Positions 10,297-22,960 of a stretch of 64,000 nucleotides of DNA are shown piece by piece. The number at the start of each line of letters is the position of its first letter. Positions within the stretch are counted from its first letter, which is position 1. A program made the translations under genes and the position numbers. Under the pieces are notes generated by a model. It was given only the letters and a program-made list of their open reading frames with translations. It was not told where the DNA came from and did not search any database. Location of the stretch: NCBI GenBank assembly GCA_965112155.1, contig OZ218111.1; one strand, 5' to 3'. The DNA is from Podarcis liolepis (Eukaryota).

Positions 10297-13200
10297 CCCC
10301 CAAACCGAATCGCTCATCCACCCCGCCCCTCTTATCTCCGCAGGTCCCGGAGCTCCGCCGGGAGGGCAACGAGCTCTTCCAGACAGGCCGCTATGAGGAG
10401 GCGCTGGCCGCCTACACCCGGGCCCTCAGCCTCTGCCCTGGGGATGGCGAGGAGCCCGACCCGCACCGCGCTGTCCTCCACCGCAACCGCGCCGCCTGCC
10501 ACCTCAAGCTGGTGAGTGGGGAAGTGGGGAAAGCGGGAGGGTTGCCTGAGTTATGGGAGCCCCCCAAGGGGCAGTGCCAGCCTGCCTACCTGCCGCTCAC
10601 TTCTGCAGGAGGAGAAAAGTTGGACACTCCTGGGGAAATTCTAAGGGATTATTGTCTTTTCTTCTCGTGTCTTTTCTTCTCAAAATTCTCAAATGACGTA
10701 GTACGCATCAGAAGGTAGCAGGCATTGTGTGTGTGTTTTCCCCTAAATGGCCACAGAGCTTCCCTGTGCCCCCAGTGTCAACGTTTCTGTGCATCTCTCA
10801 TTTTAACTGTGCTGAGCCCCTTTAGGTGAACTCCTTTTCACCCTGCTGCTCCTTAGAAGCTGAGGTGCCTTTATGCACAGTCAAGGGGAGCCCTCAGGCC
10901 TGGCTGTCTGGCTGTGACGGACTGAGAAGACAGTGGCCATATAGTGAGAGGCCAGCCTGATGCCTTGCCTCCTCCTTCTCCTCCTGTAACCTGCAGAGAA
11001 TTTAGGATTTGACAGATGTCCCCCAGAAAGGTGGTCAGGGCTGTCATTTTCAGCCTGAGCTCCTCTTGAGTATTTTCTTCTCCCCTCACTCCCCTGCCCC
11101 GCTCCCCCGCTTATATTTCCTTTCACCGATGCCTCTCTGGCATTCTGCTTCTTTTGCAGGAGGACTATGTCCAGGCAGAACTGGACGCTTCTAAAGGTGA
11201 GCTGCAAGGGGTGGGGTGGGGGATTACTCTCCTTCCAAAAGTCTCTTTCTCTGCAGAAGCCTCTTTGCTGCCTCTTAATACTTTCTTGCCTGTTCACAGC
11301 TATAGAAGCTGATGGGCATGACGTGAAGAGCCTCTTCCGGCGCAGCCAAGCCCGGCAGAAACTGGGCCGCTTCGACCAGGCCCTCCTGGACCTGCAGAGG
11401 TGTGTGAGCCTGGAGCCCAAGAACAAGGCCTTCCAGGAGGCTCTGCGCAACCTTGGCAGCAGCATGCATGAGAAGGTAGGAGAAGCATTGGGGGAGTGTG
11501 GGCATTGCCAGGGTAGGCGCCTCCCTTGTGGGGCAGCCTAGCTCTCCACCCAGGAAGGATTCTGGGCTTCAGGTGTGTACTGGGCTTCTGAAGTACGACT
11601 GTGGGGTTTCTCACCAACTGCCTGTTTGCTTCAGATGACAGCCATGTCCCGCACAGACTCCAAAGTGGAGCAGATGTTTAAGTTGCTGCTGGACCCTGAA
11701 GAAAAAGATCTGGACAAGAAACAAAAGGTACCCCTCTAATCAGCAAGCAGGTAGGAGGTGTGATGTGCCCTGATGAAGAGCAATTTTGGGTGTGCTGCAG
11801 CTGTACATATATGGGATGCAGTTGTAGAATTAGGCAGTCTCCAGTTCTGTTTTCTATTTCAAAATGCAAGTTTTGCATTTCCAAATTTGCCTGTAGGCAA
11901 AAGCCAGAGGAAGGGTTTCTGATGCCTGGATCAGGATACCTGAGGGAGGAAGGGAGGAGGACTTTGAGTCATTGTACCGTAACTTCCTTTTCCGTGACTG
12001 ACAAAACCAGAATATATTAGGGTGGTGCTTATTTTAATACGATCAGTCTCAGTCTAGAGTGATTCATTCTGTCTCATGGGGTTTGTATACCGCCCTTCAT
12101 CCAACAATCACAGGGCGGCTCATAACATCAAGTCATCCTAATGTTGATGGGCGTTACAGTGCAGCAGCACCTGGAGGGACTCTGCAGGCTTCCCAGCTCT
12201 GCCCAAGGAGGAGATCCCCACCCCCATGGCTCTTAGAGAAACAAGGACAATGGAATTATTATGGGCCAGAATCTCCAAACCTCTCCAGCTCTAAATTCTG
12301 GGTGTGCCCCTCCAACAGCTGTGTGGCCTGATGGGGAGCGGTTAAAGCGAGCCCCTTTGTCCAGCTAACTGGCTCTTCTCCTGTCCAGGCAGCTCAGAAT
12401 TTGATTGTTTTGGCTCGCGAGGAGCCTGGTGCTGAGAAGATTTTCCAGAACGACGGGGTGCGCCTCCTGCTACAGCTGCTGGATACAGGTCGGGCAGACA
12501 CGGTGCTAGCAGCTGTGCGAACCCTCACTGGCCTTTGCAGTGGGCATCGTTCTCGGGTATGTCCACTTTTTAAGATGAAAGCTTCTTCACTCTTTTTTTT
12601 GGGGGGGGGGGTAACAGGTTCAGTCCATTTACTGACAAGTTATGCATAAAACTCTCTCCAAAACCTGTTGCTTCAAGGGCATGCCACTTCTCCGAGGGTG
12701 TGTGTGCCTGGAACATGTCCCTGACCTTGTACTGCCTCAGGAGGTTAGGGGCGAACCAAGTGGTCTCTTCTGTCCCCCTACAGTACAGAGCCATGGCTTT
12801 CTCTGCCTCTGCACCTTCTTATAGGTTGCCACTCCATCCTCCTGGCAGGCACAGAGTTGAGTTTTCACCCATGTTTCAGGCTGGGGAAGGGGATGGAATC
12901 ACCCCTCCCTCTCTGCTGCTCCAGTGTTGAGAAGAAACCTCAGGCTTCCTATTTGCTGGAGTCTGGCTAACCACCAGTGATTCACCAAGAGTGCTCCCCA
13001 ACAGTTCCTTTTCCAGTGACAAATGGGGTACTGCAGGGCCTGGTGTTGTTCAACTTCTTGGAATGGACACCCTTCAAGTGGTGGACTCTCCTTTATTGGA
13101 GGTTTTAAAGCAGAGTTTGGATGGCCTCCTGTCAGGAATAGTTTAGCTGTGATTCCTGCATTTCAGAGGGTTAAACTGAAAGACGCATTGGGTCCCTTCC

Positions 13201-16200
13201 AACCCTACAATTCTATGATGACTTACCGTGGTGGACAGAGGGCTAGCAAGACTGTTGAATACATTCTGCAAGATAACCTAGATATTCCTCTAGTATAAAA
13301 AACCCCCCTAAACTCTGTCTCCTTGGGTAGGTTTATGGGTCCCCAGAGTTCCTACTGACAAGCCACAGTTGCACTTGTGGAGTTGCCTACTAGGCAGGTA
13401 TCCAGTTCTGCTCTGAGCTATGTGGGGGAGGTAACTGGTTCTTGAGAGACAGGCCTGGATTCCTCCCCAAGTCTCAGTGGATGCTGCCCTTCTTTCAGAC
13501 TGCAGTGATCCTGGCTGAGCTGGGGCCCCAGCGCCTCTTTGCTATCCTAGAGATGGAGGACGAGCAAGTCTCGCTGGCAACCTACAGCCTGCTGCAGGTT
13601 ATGTTTGATGCCCTCAAGGAGGGGCTGCAGAGGGATGTCCGTGGCAAGGAGGAAGCTGTGGTCTTGGGTGAGTCTCCTGGGTGCCTCCCTGCTGGGCTCA
13701 GCATCCACTTTGTGTTGTGCCAAGCTCATCTTCGTGCTGATGCCTTGGGTGGAGCTGGGCTGCGAATGCTGGCCTGGAGAGAGGAGGCTCAGACCTCCTC
13801 AACTCTGATTCTGCTCCTGTAGATACATCCAAAGAGCTGAAATTGCTCCTCAAGCAGCTGCTGGAAGCCCTGACCCGGGAGAGCATTTCCTCCTATGGCC
13901 GGGACAGCATCCTCAACCTGCTGATCAGTGTGGTGCCCAGGAAGTCGCTGAAGGACCCCAACAACTGCCTGACCCTCTGGGTCATTGACCAGGGTACGTC
14001 TAGCCCATTCCTGAGCCCCTCCTCTTCCTGGCCTGGGTCCCTCGCCAGCGCCAGTGAGCATGTCTGTCCTCACTAGGTCTCAAGCAGATCCTGGAGGTGG
14101 GGGGCACAGTGAGCCACAGCCCCGGGGGCCTGCGGGTGACAGAGAACACCCTCATGAGCGCAGCCGTCCTCCTCAGCAAGCTCTATGGGGACCTGAAGTG
14201 CGACGGGGAGCGGGAGAATTTCCACCGGCTCTGCGAGGACTATGTCAGGTAGGCCTGTGACTGACTCGGGGGCTGCCCACTGCTGCTTCTGGTAGGGGGT
14301 GCTGGGAAGGCATGGGGGGCCAATGAAGTGGTGGGGAGTGATGCTCAGCGCTTAGTTGCTGACAGACATCGAAAGCGTCATAACAGCCCATCAGCTTGGC
14401 CAGAGACACCCAGTTACTGTAATTCATGTACTGGTTGCTTCAAGACTGGATTACTGTAGTGCGCTCTATATGGGGCTTCCCTTGCATCTGATCTGGAAGC
14501 TGAAGCTAGCGCAGAATGCTGCAGCTTGATTGCTGAAAGGAGCAAAAACTTGTCAGCATATAGCACCCATGCTCAGAGATCTGTACTGGTTGCTGATTTG
14601 CTACCGAGACAAGTTCAAAAGGTTACTATTAGTATGCAAAGCCCTTAATAATTTACCTGTGAGACTGCCTTAACCCAGATACGCTCACTCAACCACTTCC
14701 ATCTGCAGAATTGGCACTGTTCCAAGTGCCATATAATACCCGTTCTGCATTTATAATAAATGGATCTTCTAGTGTGGTGATATCAGGCAGGCACCTTCAT
14801 TCTACTCTTTTTGACGTCTACTGAAAGCATTTTTGTGTAGGCAAGCCTACCCATATATTTAAAACGCTGGTGTGTTTTTAGTTTATTGCTGGTTTTAATT
14901 TTTAGAATGTGTTGTTTGTACTAATAATCTTACTGTTTCTTTTTATAAACCACTTTGAGGTTTTCTACAATCACGTGATATATAGATGTTATGAAATAAA
15001 TACATAATAGTGGGTGGGAGGAGGACTTTTGCTGCCAGAAGGTGCCGTTGGTTGATCTCGGATTTCTTTCTGGTGCAGAGTTTGGGGTTTCAGCTTTGGA
15101 ATGTCTGTGGTAGCTTCCTGGCTGCTCCTGACGGGCCGCCTTTCCTTCACCTCCCAGGGGCTGGTTCCAGGACCATGGCGTCCCTGGGAAATTGCGGGCC
15201 ATCCAGACGGCCTCCTGTCTCCTGCAAGGCCCCTCCGAGGCTGGGAACAGGGTGCTGGAGCTGAGTGGCATCATGGAGAGCATTCTGGCCTTGTGCGCCT
15301 CGTCACAGGAGGCCGACCAGCTTGTGGCCGTGGAGGCCCTGATCCATGCTGCCGACAAGGCCAAGCGGGCCACCTTCATCACTGCCAATGGGGTGACACT
15401 ACTGAAGGAGATCTACAAGCACAGCGAGCGCGACAGCATTCGCATCCGGGCCCTGGTGGTGAGCAAGAGGCAGCAGATCTTGGAGAAGGAGGGAGACATT
15501 TTCTGGCTGCAGTGGGACCCCACACTGTTTCTCTTTTTTATAAAAAAAAATTATTAAATTTTCCAACATACATTTATAGTATCCAATCTAAATTTATCAC
15601 ATATTTTCTCTTTTAGACTTCCTTCAACCTCTCTGACAATCATCCATTATTCAAATTTTTAAATACGCATTTCCTAATTTTATATTGCATTTTATAAACC
15701 TTCACACACTTAGTTTTCATCAATACAATAGTCCTCTATCATTTACAGAACTTCTTGAAATCCCACTAGCATTATTTGCTCATCACATACACATTTCAGA
15801 TAGTCTGAAAATTTTCCCCAGTCTTCAATGAACTTTTGATCTCGTATATATCTGATCTTTCCTGTTAGTTTGTCCGGTTCAGCATACTCCATCAGTTTCA
15901 TTCTCCATTCTTCGAGCGTCGGCAGTTGTTCCTGTTTCCATTTTGGGGCAAATAATATTCTCGCTGCTGTTGCTGCATATTGGAAAAGTTTACAGTCCAT
16001 TCTATTTATTTCATTTCCTACTATTCCTAGAAGAAAAGCCTCTGGTTTCTTAACAAACGTATATTTCAACATCTTTTTCATCTCATGATATATCATTTCC
16101 CAGAAGCCCTTCACCTTCTTACAATCCCACCACATATGATAAAATGTTCCTTCTTTTTCTTTACATTTCCAACACCTATTACATGTTTTATACATTTTTG

Positions 16201-19200
16201 CCAGTTTTACAGGTGTGATGTACCATCTATAAATCATTTTCATAACATTTTCCTTTAACGCAGTACATGCCGTAAATTTTATATTTTCATTCCACAGTTT
16301 TATCCAATCATTAAACTGTATATTATAACCCAAATCTCTGGCCCGAACACTGTTCCTCTTCCATCTTCCCAGACTGAAGGAAGTTCTGGGGTCAGGTGGC
16401 AACTGCGGCACATCACGGTTTCTCTTTCCAGGGCCTCTGCAAATTGGGCTCGGCGGGGGGCACAGATTTCAGCATGAAGCAGTTTGCGGAAGGCTCTACC
16501 CTGAAGCTGGCCAAGCAGTGCAGAAAGTGAGTGAGCGCTGCTTTCTTCCCCCATGTCCCAGGCGCTTTAGCCTCTTCTGTGCCACGTGACTGCCTTCCCC
16601 TTTAGAAGGAGGTCAGGCTGCCTGTTCCTTTCTCAAAATCTTGGGAGCTGGTGGGAGCTGACGGATGACAAGAATGAGTCCCTCCGGCAGCTGCACAACA
16701 GACCATGCCCCACTGAAGCCTGGGGTGGTGGGGCTTCCTATGCTCCTTGCCCACTAGGGTCTCAGCTGGTAGAGGCACTATCATGATTCTCCTTCTCCTG
16801 CTTCCAGGTGGCTGTGCAATGAGGCCATTGATGCCGGCACCCGCTACTGGGCAGCTGAGGGACTGGCCTTCCTCTCCTTGGATGCGGACGTTAAAGAGGA
16901 GCTCCTGGAGGACAAGGCTGCCCTGCAGGCTCTCTTCTGGCTGGCCAGGGTGAGGTCCTCTTCCAAGAGGGAGGGTAAAGTGGATGAGTGGGTGGGGTAC
17001 CTGTGGGAGAAATGGACACCTGGGCATGTCTAGAGGCTCTTTTTGCCTCTGCCTTGTTTATGTTGAATTTCCCTTGCTTAGGAATAGCAACCCAGCTGTA
17101 GTATACGGTACCCAGTAATTTTTAGAATTGTAGAGTTGGAAGAGGTCCCAAGGGTCATCTAGTCCAACCCCTGCAGTGCAGGAATTACAGCTAAAAATCC
17201 CTGACAGATGACCATGCAGCCTCTGCTAAAAAAAACTTTCAGTGAAGCGGGAGTCCACCACCTTCTGAGAGAGTCTGTTCCATTGTCAAACAACTCTTAC
17301 CATCAGAAGGTTCTTCCTAATGTTTAGTGGGAATCTTCTTTCTTGTCATTTGAATCCATTGGTTTGGGTTCCTACCACTGGAGCAGCAGAAACCCACCTT
17401 GCTCTGTCTTCTATGTGATAGCCCTTCATATATTTGAAGATTTAAGATGTAAAATGCTGTTCTGTAGCAAAATTTCCCGAGTCTCAGTGAAGTGTCTCTA
17501 CTGTACCACTTCAGATCCATAACTGGAGCTTCACATGATGAAATTCTTCCCCCACTTCAACAGCACCCAAGAAGAAAAGGATTCCTCCACATAGGAAATG
17601 AGTGTTTCGGAGAACCCTTTGCCACAACACACCTCTTCTCTGTGTGTGAATATCTTGTTTGTGCGGAAGCATTTTGATTATATCTCCCCACAGTGGGCTC
17701 TGTACAGCCCAGAGACATGCTGGTTGCCTCCAGGAGGACCAGCCCAGGGGGGTAGAGTTGGCCCACCCAGCCCCTTTAGGGCTTTCAAATCCAGACCAGG
17801 CTCTGGAGCAGGGGTTGGCAACTTCTGGCCTGTGAGCCAAACTTGGTGCACCATTTTGGGTAAGCCATGCATGGCCACCTGATGTTAGGTGGGGGGGGTA
17901 AGGGGGGGCCTTCAAAGGAAGACTTGAGAGCTTAAAGGGGATTGCTCCTTTGCTGAGGCAAGGCTTGTTCCCAGCTTCTCATCAGCCTTGCTCAAGTTGG
18001 CGGGAAAGGGGATTCCATTCAGGAAAAACTGCTCCTCCTAGCACTGCTCTTTCAGTCTCCAGTTTCCAGAGGTTTCAAGAGCAGGGCAGGGCAGCTCCCA
18101 AAAAGCCTTTCACACAGCACCATGCTGTGCTTTGAAGTCGGGAAACTGAGGCTTTAAAGTGCAGCATCACCATTACATCTGGTGATTGACAGGTGGGTGG
18201 CCCCACCTACCTGCCCAACTCAGTCCGTCAGGGGTGCAGAGATGTTAAGAGATCACTTCTGATCAGCTTCTGGTGTTCTATGGCTGGGCTGTCTTGTTCT
18301 GCATTAGCTGACGCTTCTGAATAGTACTCAAGGGCGCGCACACTTTACTTTGCCAGGCAGTAGCCAGTGCACAAGTGGTGGCCCTTGGTCCCAAAGAATC
18401 ATGAAGGTCCCGACTGACCACCTTCTTCTGCTTCTTTGTCTTTGTTCCTGCCACCGATCTGCTCCCCTCAGTCAGAGAACCGAAGCGTCCTCTTTGCAGT
18501 GGCCTCCACGCTGGTGAATTGCACCAGCAGCTACGACCAAGAGGAGCCTGACCCCCAGATGGTGGAGCTGGCGAAGTATGCCAAGCAACACATCCCTGAG
18601 AAGCACCCAAAGGTGAGAGAGGAGTGTCATGAGGGGGCCAGTGGAAGCCTTCTAGCAGGCTGGGGGGGTGTGGCTGGGCCTGGCTCCTCTGCCCTCCTCA
18701 GGAATGTTTTTTTGGATAATGGGGAGTTGAGGTTGGAGTGGGAAGCTTTTAGAAATTTGTGATGAAAAGACCACAATTGTGTGAGATGCCGGTGGATGGA
18801 GCAAGGAGGGTGAGAGGAGGAGTAGGAGGTGGATAATAGGCATCCCACGGCCTATTCTCATCCTCTCTCTCCATCTCTTCCTGCCCAGGACAAGCCAGAG
18901 TTTGTGCGCCAACGTGTGAGGAAGCTGCTGGCCGCCGGTGTGGTGTCAGCGCTCACCTGCATGGTGAAGAGTGAAAGCCCCTCCTTGAGCCCCGCCTGCC
19001 GGGAGCTGATCTCCAGGTGAGGCCAGCGGCCACAGGCCTTGACCCCTGTAGAGCTTTCATAGAAGGGAGGGGACCCAAAGGGTCATCATGCCCAACCCCA
19101 TGCAATGCGGGTATTGCTGTTCACAGGCAAGTCCTCCAGACCTGCTACACAGAGGAGACATGCTGGCCTTCTTACCTGTGGGTTTCTGCTTAGCCAAAGA

Positions 19201-19259
19201 GCTCAGAAAATTTAGTCGAGCCAAGATGACGCCTTCCTGTAATCTCAAATTGCTGTGTG

Positions 19260-19294
<35 letters not shown>

Positions 19295-20739
19295 TGGAGA
19301 GAGTGTTCTGGGTCCCACATTCAGTGCCTACTATTGTGTGCTTCAGGGTGTTCCTGGCTGTCGTGGAAGACCCTGAGGACCGAGGGGCTGTGGTGGCTGC
19401 TGGAGGCGGGAAGGTGAGCCTCACACATGCCTACACACCCTCTCCTGTTTGGCTTTGCCCTGCATCAGTACTGGGGCATCAAGGCTTTTCACAGTCAAGC
19501 AGAATATGGATTTTATTCCACCACTAGGCACTCATCCCTCTGGCCCTGGAAGGCACTGAAATAGGGCAGATGAAGGCTGCGCAGGCCCTGGCTAAGATTA
19601 CCATCACCACCGCCCCCGAGATGGCTTTTCCGGGAGAACGGGTGAGTGTGGAGTGAGGGCAGCATCACAGCAAGGGGTCGGGTTCCCCTTTCCTCTCCCC
19701 ACCGCCCTGAGCCTTTTCTCTCTCCTCCTGCAGATCTACGAGGTGGTCCGGCCCCTGGTGGGCCTCCTGCACTTGAACCGCAGTGCCCTGCAGAATTTTG
19801 AAGGGCTGATGGCTCTCACCAACCTGGCGGGGACCAGTGAGCGGCTCCGGTAAGGCTGGACAGGCAGGCAGGCAGGCAGGCTGGCCATCTCCCTGGGTCC
19901 CAGCCCTGTCCTCTGGAAGGGTTACATTCCTTGGAGGCAGGGGCCATTACCTTCTGCCTCCTCCTGCAGGCAGAAGATTGTGAAGGAGAAGGCCGTGCCC
20001 ATGATCGAGGGCTACATGTTTGAGGAGCACGAAATGATCCGCTTGGCAGCCACTGAGTGCATGTGCAACATGGCGCTGAGCCCAGAGGTGAGCAGGGGTA
20101 CTGGGCCACCTGGCTGTGCTGGGGCCCCGGGAGGTTTATCTCCACTCACATCTCTCTTTTGGGCAGGTCGGGGAGCTGTTCCTGGTGGAGGGCAGTGACC
20201 GGCTCAAGCTGCTGGTCCTGTACAGCGGGGAGGACGACGAGAGGCTCCAGCGGGCAGCTTCAGGGACACTGGCCGTCCTGACCTCGTTGCTGCCCCAGAT
20301 CTGCTCCCGCATCCCTCAAGTGGTGAGTACCGCCTGGAGGGTGGGCTGAGCCCAGCAGCTGCCCACTGGGCATGGCAGACCTTTGGAGGGTCTCCAGGAA
20401 GTGGGTGGATGCCGGGTTTCCTTCCTGCTTGCTAACTGACCTCTCACTCTCTTTCCCCAGACGACTCACTGGCTGGAGATCCTGCAGGCCCTGCTCCTCA
20501 GCCCTGCCACCGAGCTCCAGCACCGCGGGGTGGTGGTAGTGAGGAACATGGTGGCTGCTGACAAGGAGGTGGCCGAGAAGCTGATGGAGAGCGAGACGAT
20601 GGAGATCCTGTCTGTTATGGCCAAGGCCAAGGACAAGCCCCAGATTGCCCAAGTGGCCCAGGAGTGCCTGGCGCAGGCTGTGGCTTATGGCTTGATCAAG
20701 CCCAACCCTCCTGCAGTTGCCGAGAAGGAGGGGGACTGA
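10250..20739 (+). CDS. UNC45A: Protein unc-45 homolog A (TPR + central + UCS myosin chaperone), 20 coding exons
   Basis: Exons 10250-10264, 10344-10511, 11160-11196, 11300-11475, 11635-11727, 12389-12556, 13499-13667, 13823-13993, 14077-14248, 15158-15458, 16432-16526, 16808-16949, 18472-18612, 18889-19016, 19347-19413, 19528-19641, 19734-19849, 19970-20087, 20167-20322, 20461-20739. Motifs [36 protein letters not shown] and [14 protein letters not shown]. Synteny with MAN2A2/RCCD1 favours the A paralogue. Confidence 0.97.
14400..15005 (+). mobile_element. Degenerate L2/CR1-clade LINE 3' fragment in UNC45A intron 9
   Basis: Decayed RT C-terminal motif (ctggattactgt..gcgctctatatggggcttccc, LDYC..LY.GLP) followed by an AT-rich tail. 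Confidence 0.6.
15536..16346 (-). mobile_element. 5'-truncated L1-clade LINE (ORF2 C-terminus + 3' UTR) in UNC45A intron 10
   Basis: AT-rich block with an open frame of about 200 codons containing the CWKC-x8-HMWWDC knuckle. Flanked by a 14-bp near-direct repeat: acactgtttctctt (15522-15535) and acactgttcctctt (16347-16360). Confidence 0.88.
17124..17440 (-). mobile_element. CR1 3'-end fragment
   Basis: agaattgtagagttggaag...gtcatctagtccaacccc motif. Similar copies lie at about 51920 and, in the opposite orientation, at about 13050-13215. Confidence 0.7.
19254..19290. repeat. (TG)n microsatellite in a UNC45A intron
   Basis: TG dinucleotide run seen directly in the sequence. Confidence 0.9.
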
Positions 20740-21837
20740 GAGCTGCCCCCTCCCAACCTGCTTGGGCACACTGCGCTGTCGCTGCTGCTGGGCACAAGCA
20801 CCAGGGCACAGGAGGGAGGGGGCTTGGGGCTGCTGGGACCAGGGGAGTGAGCCACAGCGATTGCCGCTGGCACCCTTCAGAGCCACAGGGGCTGGTGCCA
20901 CCATTTTGTGGCACAGAAGGCAGCTCCAGGGGCTGTTTTGCAGCCTCTTGGTGCTCTTAGCTGTCTCTCACCTGGAGGAGGGTGTTGCTGGGCTGCTGCT
21001 GCCACACACCTTGGCAGCGCTGGTGGTGACGGGTGGTGGGCTCCCCAACTACCCCTAGGCTTGGGGTCACGGAGCTGCTTGTGCTGCATGGCTGCCTTTG
21101 TTTAATTTCCTGCTGCTGGAAATCACAGCCTTCCTGTCCCTCTGGAGCTGCTCCTTCATGGTCTGAGGCTGCAGCTCCTGAGGCCTCCTCCCCTCCCTTG
21201 GGGTAGGAAGAAACTGCCTTACTGACAATCCATTCCTCTTGCCCTCTGTGGCAAACAGGACCACCGTTTATTGTAAGCAAAGATGATGTGGGAAAGAATG
21301 TAAACTGTATGAAAAGATTATGGGAAACTATACAGATGACTTTTTCGGTAAATCTGATTTCGTGTGTTTCTCAATATTGCATTGACTGAATGGGGAGGGA
21401 ACTGAACTAGGCTGTATGTAAATTGAGGGGATGGGACCCATCACCATTTAGGGATATGTCTGACCTCCAGAGTGACTCAGGAGAAGATGATCAGACCCCT
21501 TCCCACTTGGACCAACCTCCCTCCCACAAGGAAGAACAACCAAGCCCGTGTCCTATGGTGTTGCTAGGCCCAGGAGCGAAGGCTGAAGCCCCCTCCCTCC
21601 TGCTTTACATTAAACTCTTGAAAGCAGCCACTCACTTGCCATGTACTAATAGATGGCATACTTTTGAGGGTTTTAAACTCCCCCCCCTTTATACTTTTAA
21701 AAACCAAGCAGGGGTGGGATGGGGGCTTTGCAGCACATTCATAATTCAGGCCAGCTGCCTTTGCACTTTAAAACTGGGCCTGGAGCTGGTTCTAGGTGTC
21801 ATGGCATGAACTGTCATTTGCAGGAAAGAGTAAGATA

Positions 21838-22094
21838 CAGTGGAACCTCAGGTTGCAGACATAATCCGTGATGGAGGCACGTCCGCACCCCGCAGCGTTT
21901 GCATCCTGAAGCGCCGCGTCTGCACAGGCGCTGGCACAATTTGGCACTTCTGCGCATGCGCAAAGCGTGATTTAGCACTTTGCACGCACGAGTGGCGAAA
22001 CCCAGAAGTAACCTATTCCGGTACTTCCAGGTTTCCCGCGGTCCACAACCTGAAAACCCATAACCTGAAGCGTCCGTAACATGAGGTATGACTG
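21838..22094. mobile_element. Tc1/mariner (Tigger/pogo-like) MITE
   Basis: Imperfect TIRs CAGTGGAACCTC...GAGGTATGACTG flanked by TA on both sides. Confidence 0.8.
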
Positions 22095-22960
22095 TATCAC
22101 CTCATATCACCTCATGCGTTGGGGAAAGAAAGATTTTAGTTTTCAACCCTTGAGAGAGCCATGGACCGATCTGATGTGGGCGCAACAGGAGTTGCTGTCA
22201 GGTTACGTTTCTCAGGTGATCTGGAGGGTCTGCCATCCCACAGAGGTTTTTGAAACTGCAAAAGAATGAAGAATCCTTCAAACTCCTTTGCAAAGAAGTG
22301 CTCCTGGTTCTCTTCACTAGCTGTTTTCTTCACTAGCAATACCATCAGCAGTAGCTGGGCAGAGGTACTTCAGCCCCCGCCCCCTCTCCTGCCAAAGCAG
22401 CGCCTTTTGCCAAACAGGGAAAGGGGACCTGGTTTCAGGCTTGCCCTGGTTTTCTGTGGTCCAGCTTCACCAGCTGCTTGGCAGTAGTAGGGGCATCATA
22501 AGAGATCCTCTCTACTCCTGGTTTGAATTATTTAGGATATTCTCTCCACAGCTTCATTCAAGGTAACACATGTAACACAAGCATCAAGCTGTTTCTCTGG
22601 TAAGGGGCAGGGAAGAAAAGCCTTGAGTGATTTTAAAAGCAGAGTTAATGTGCACTCTTAGGCTTGCCTACTGAGCAGGAAGCCCAGGGGGACATAACCC
22701 TGGTAATTATCGCAAGGACTGTAGCCGTATGTTGAGGAGTTCCTTCTACCACTGTCTTTCTCAGCTTCATTGTACTGGGGTGGGGGTGGGGAGGCAGTTA
22801 CTGTGCTCCTGTGTGCCTGCTCTTGGGGCACCCTGGGTTGCTTGTAGCTTATGACAGATGTGAAGGAACAACCATTATTACTTTCTAAGAAGCACTATAA
22901 GTCCAGTACTGCCCCAGTTCACTGTCTCAGGCACCTACAGCTTTTTTATATTGAAACAAG

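Noticed and set aside
15743-16411. 222-aa minus-strand ORF as a host gene nested in UNC45A
   Set aside because: It is a truncated L1 ORF2 end with a TSD, and its apparent start lies outside the element.
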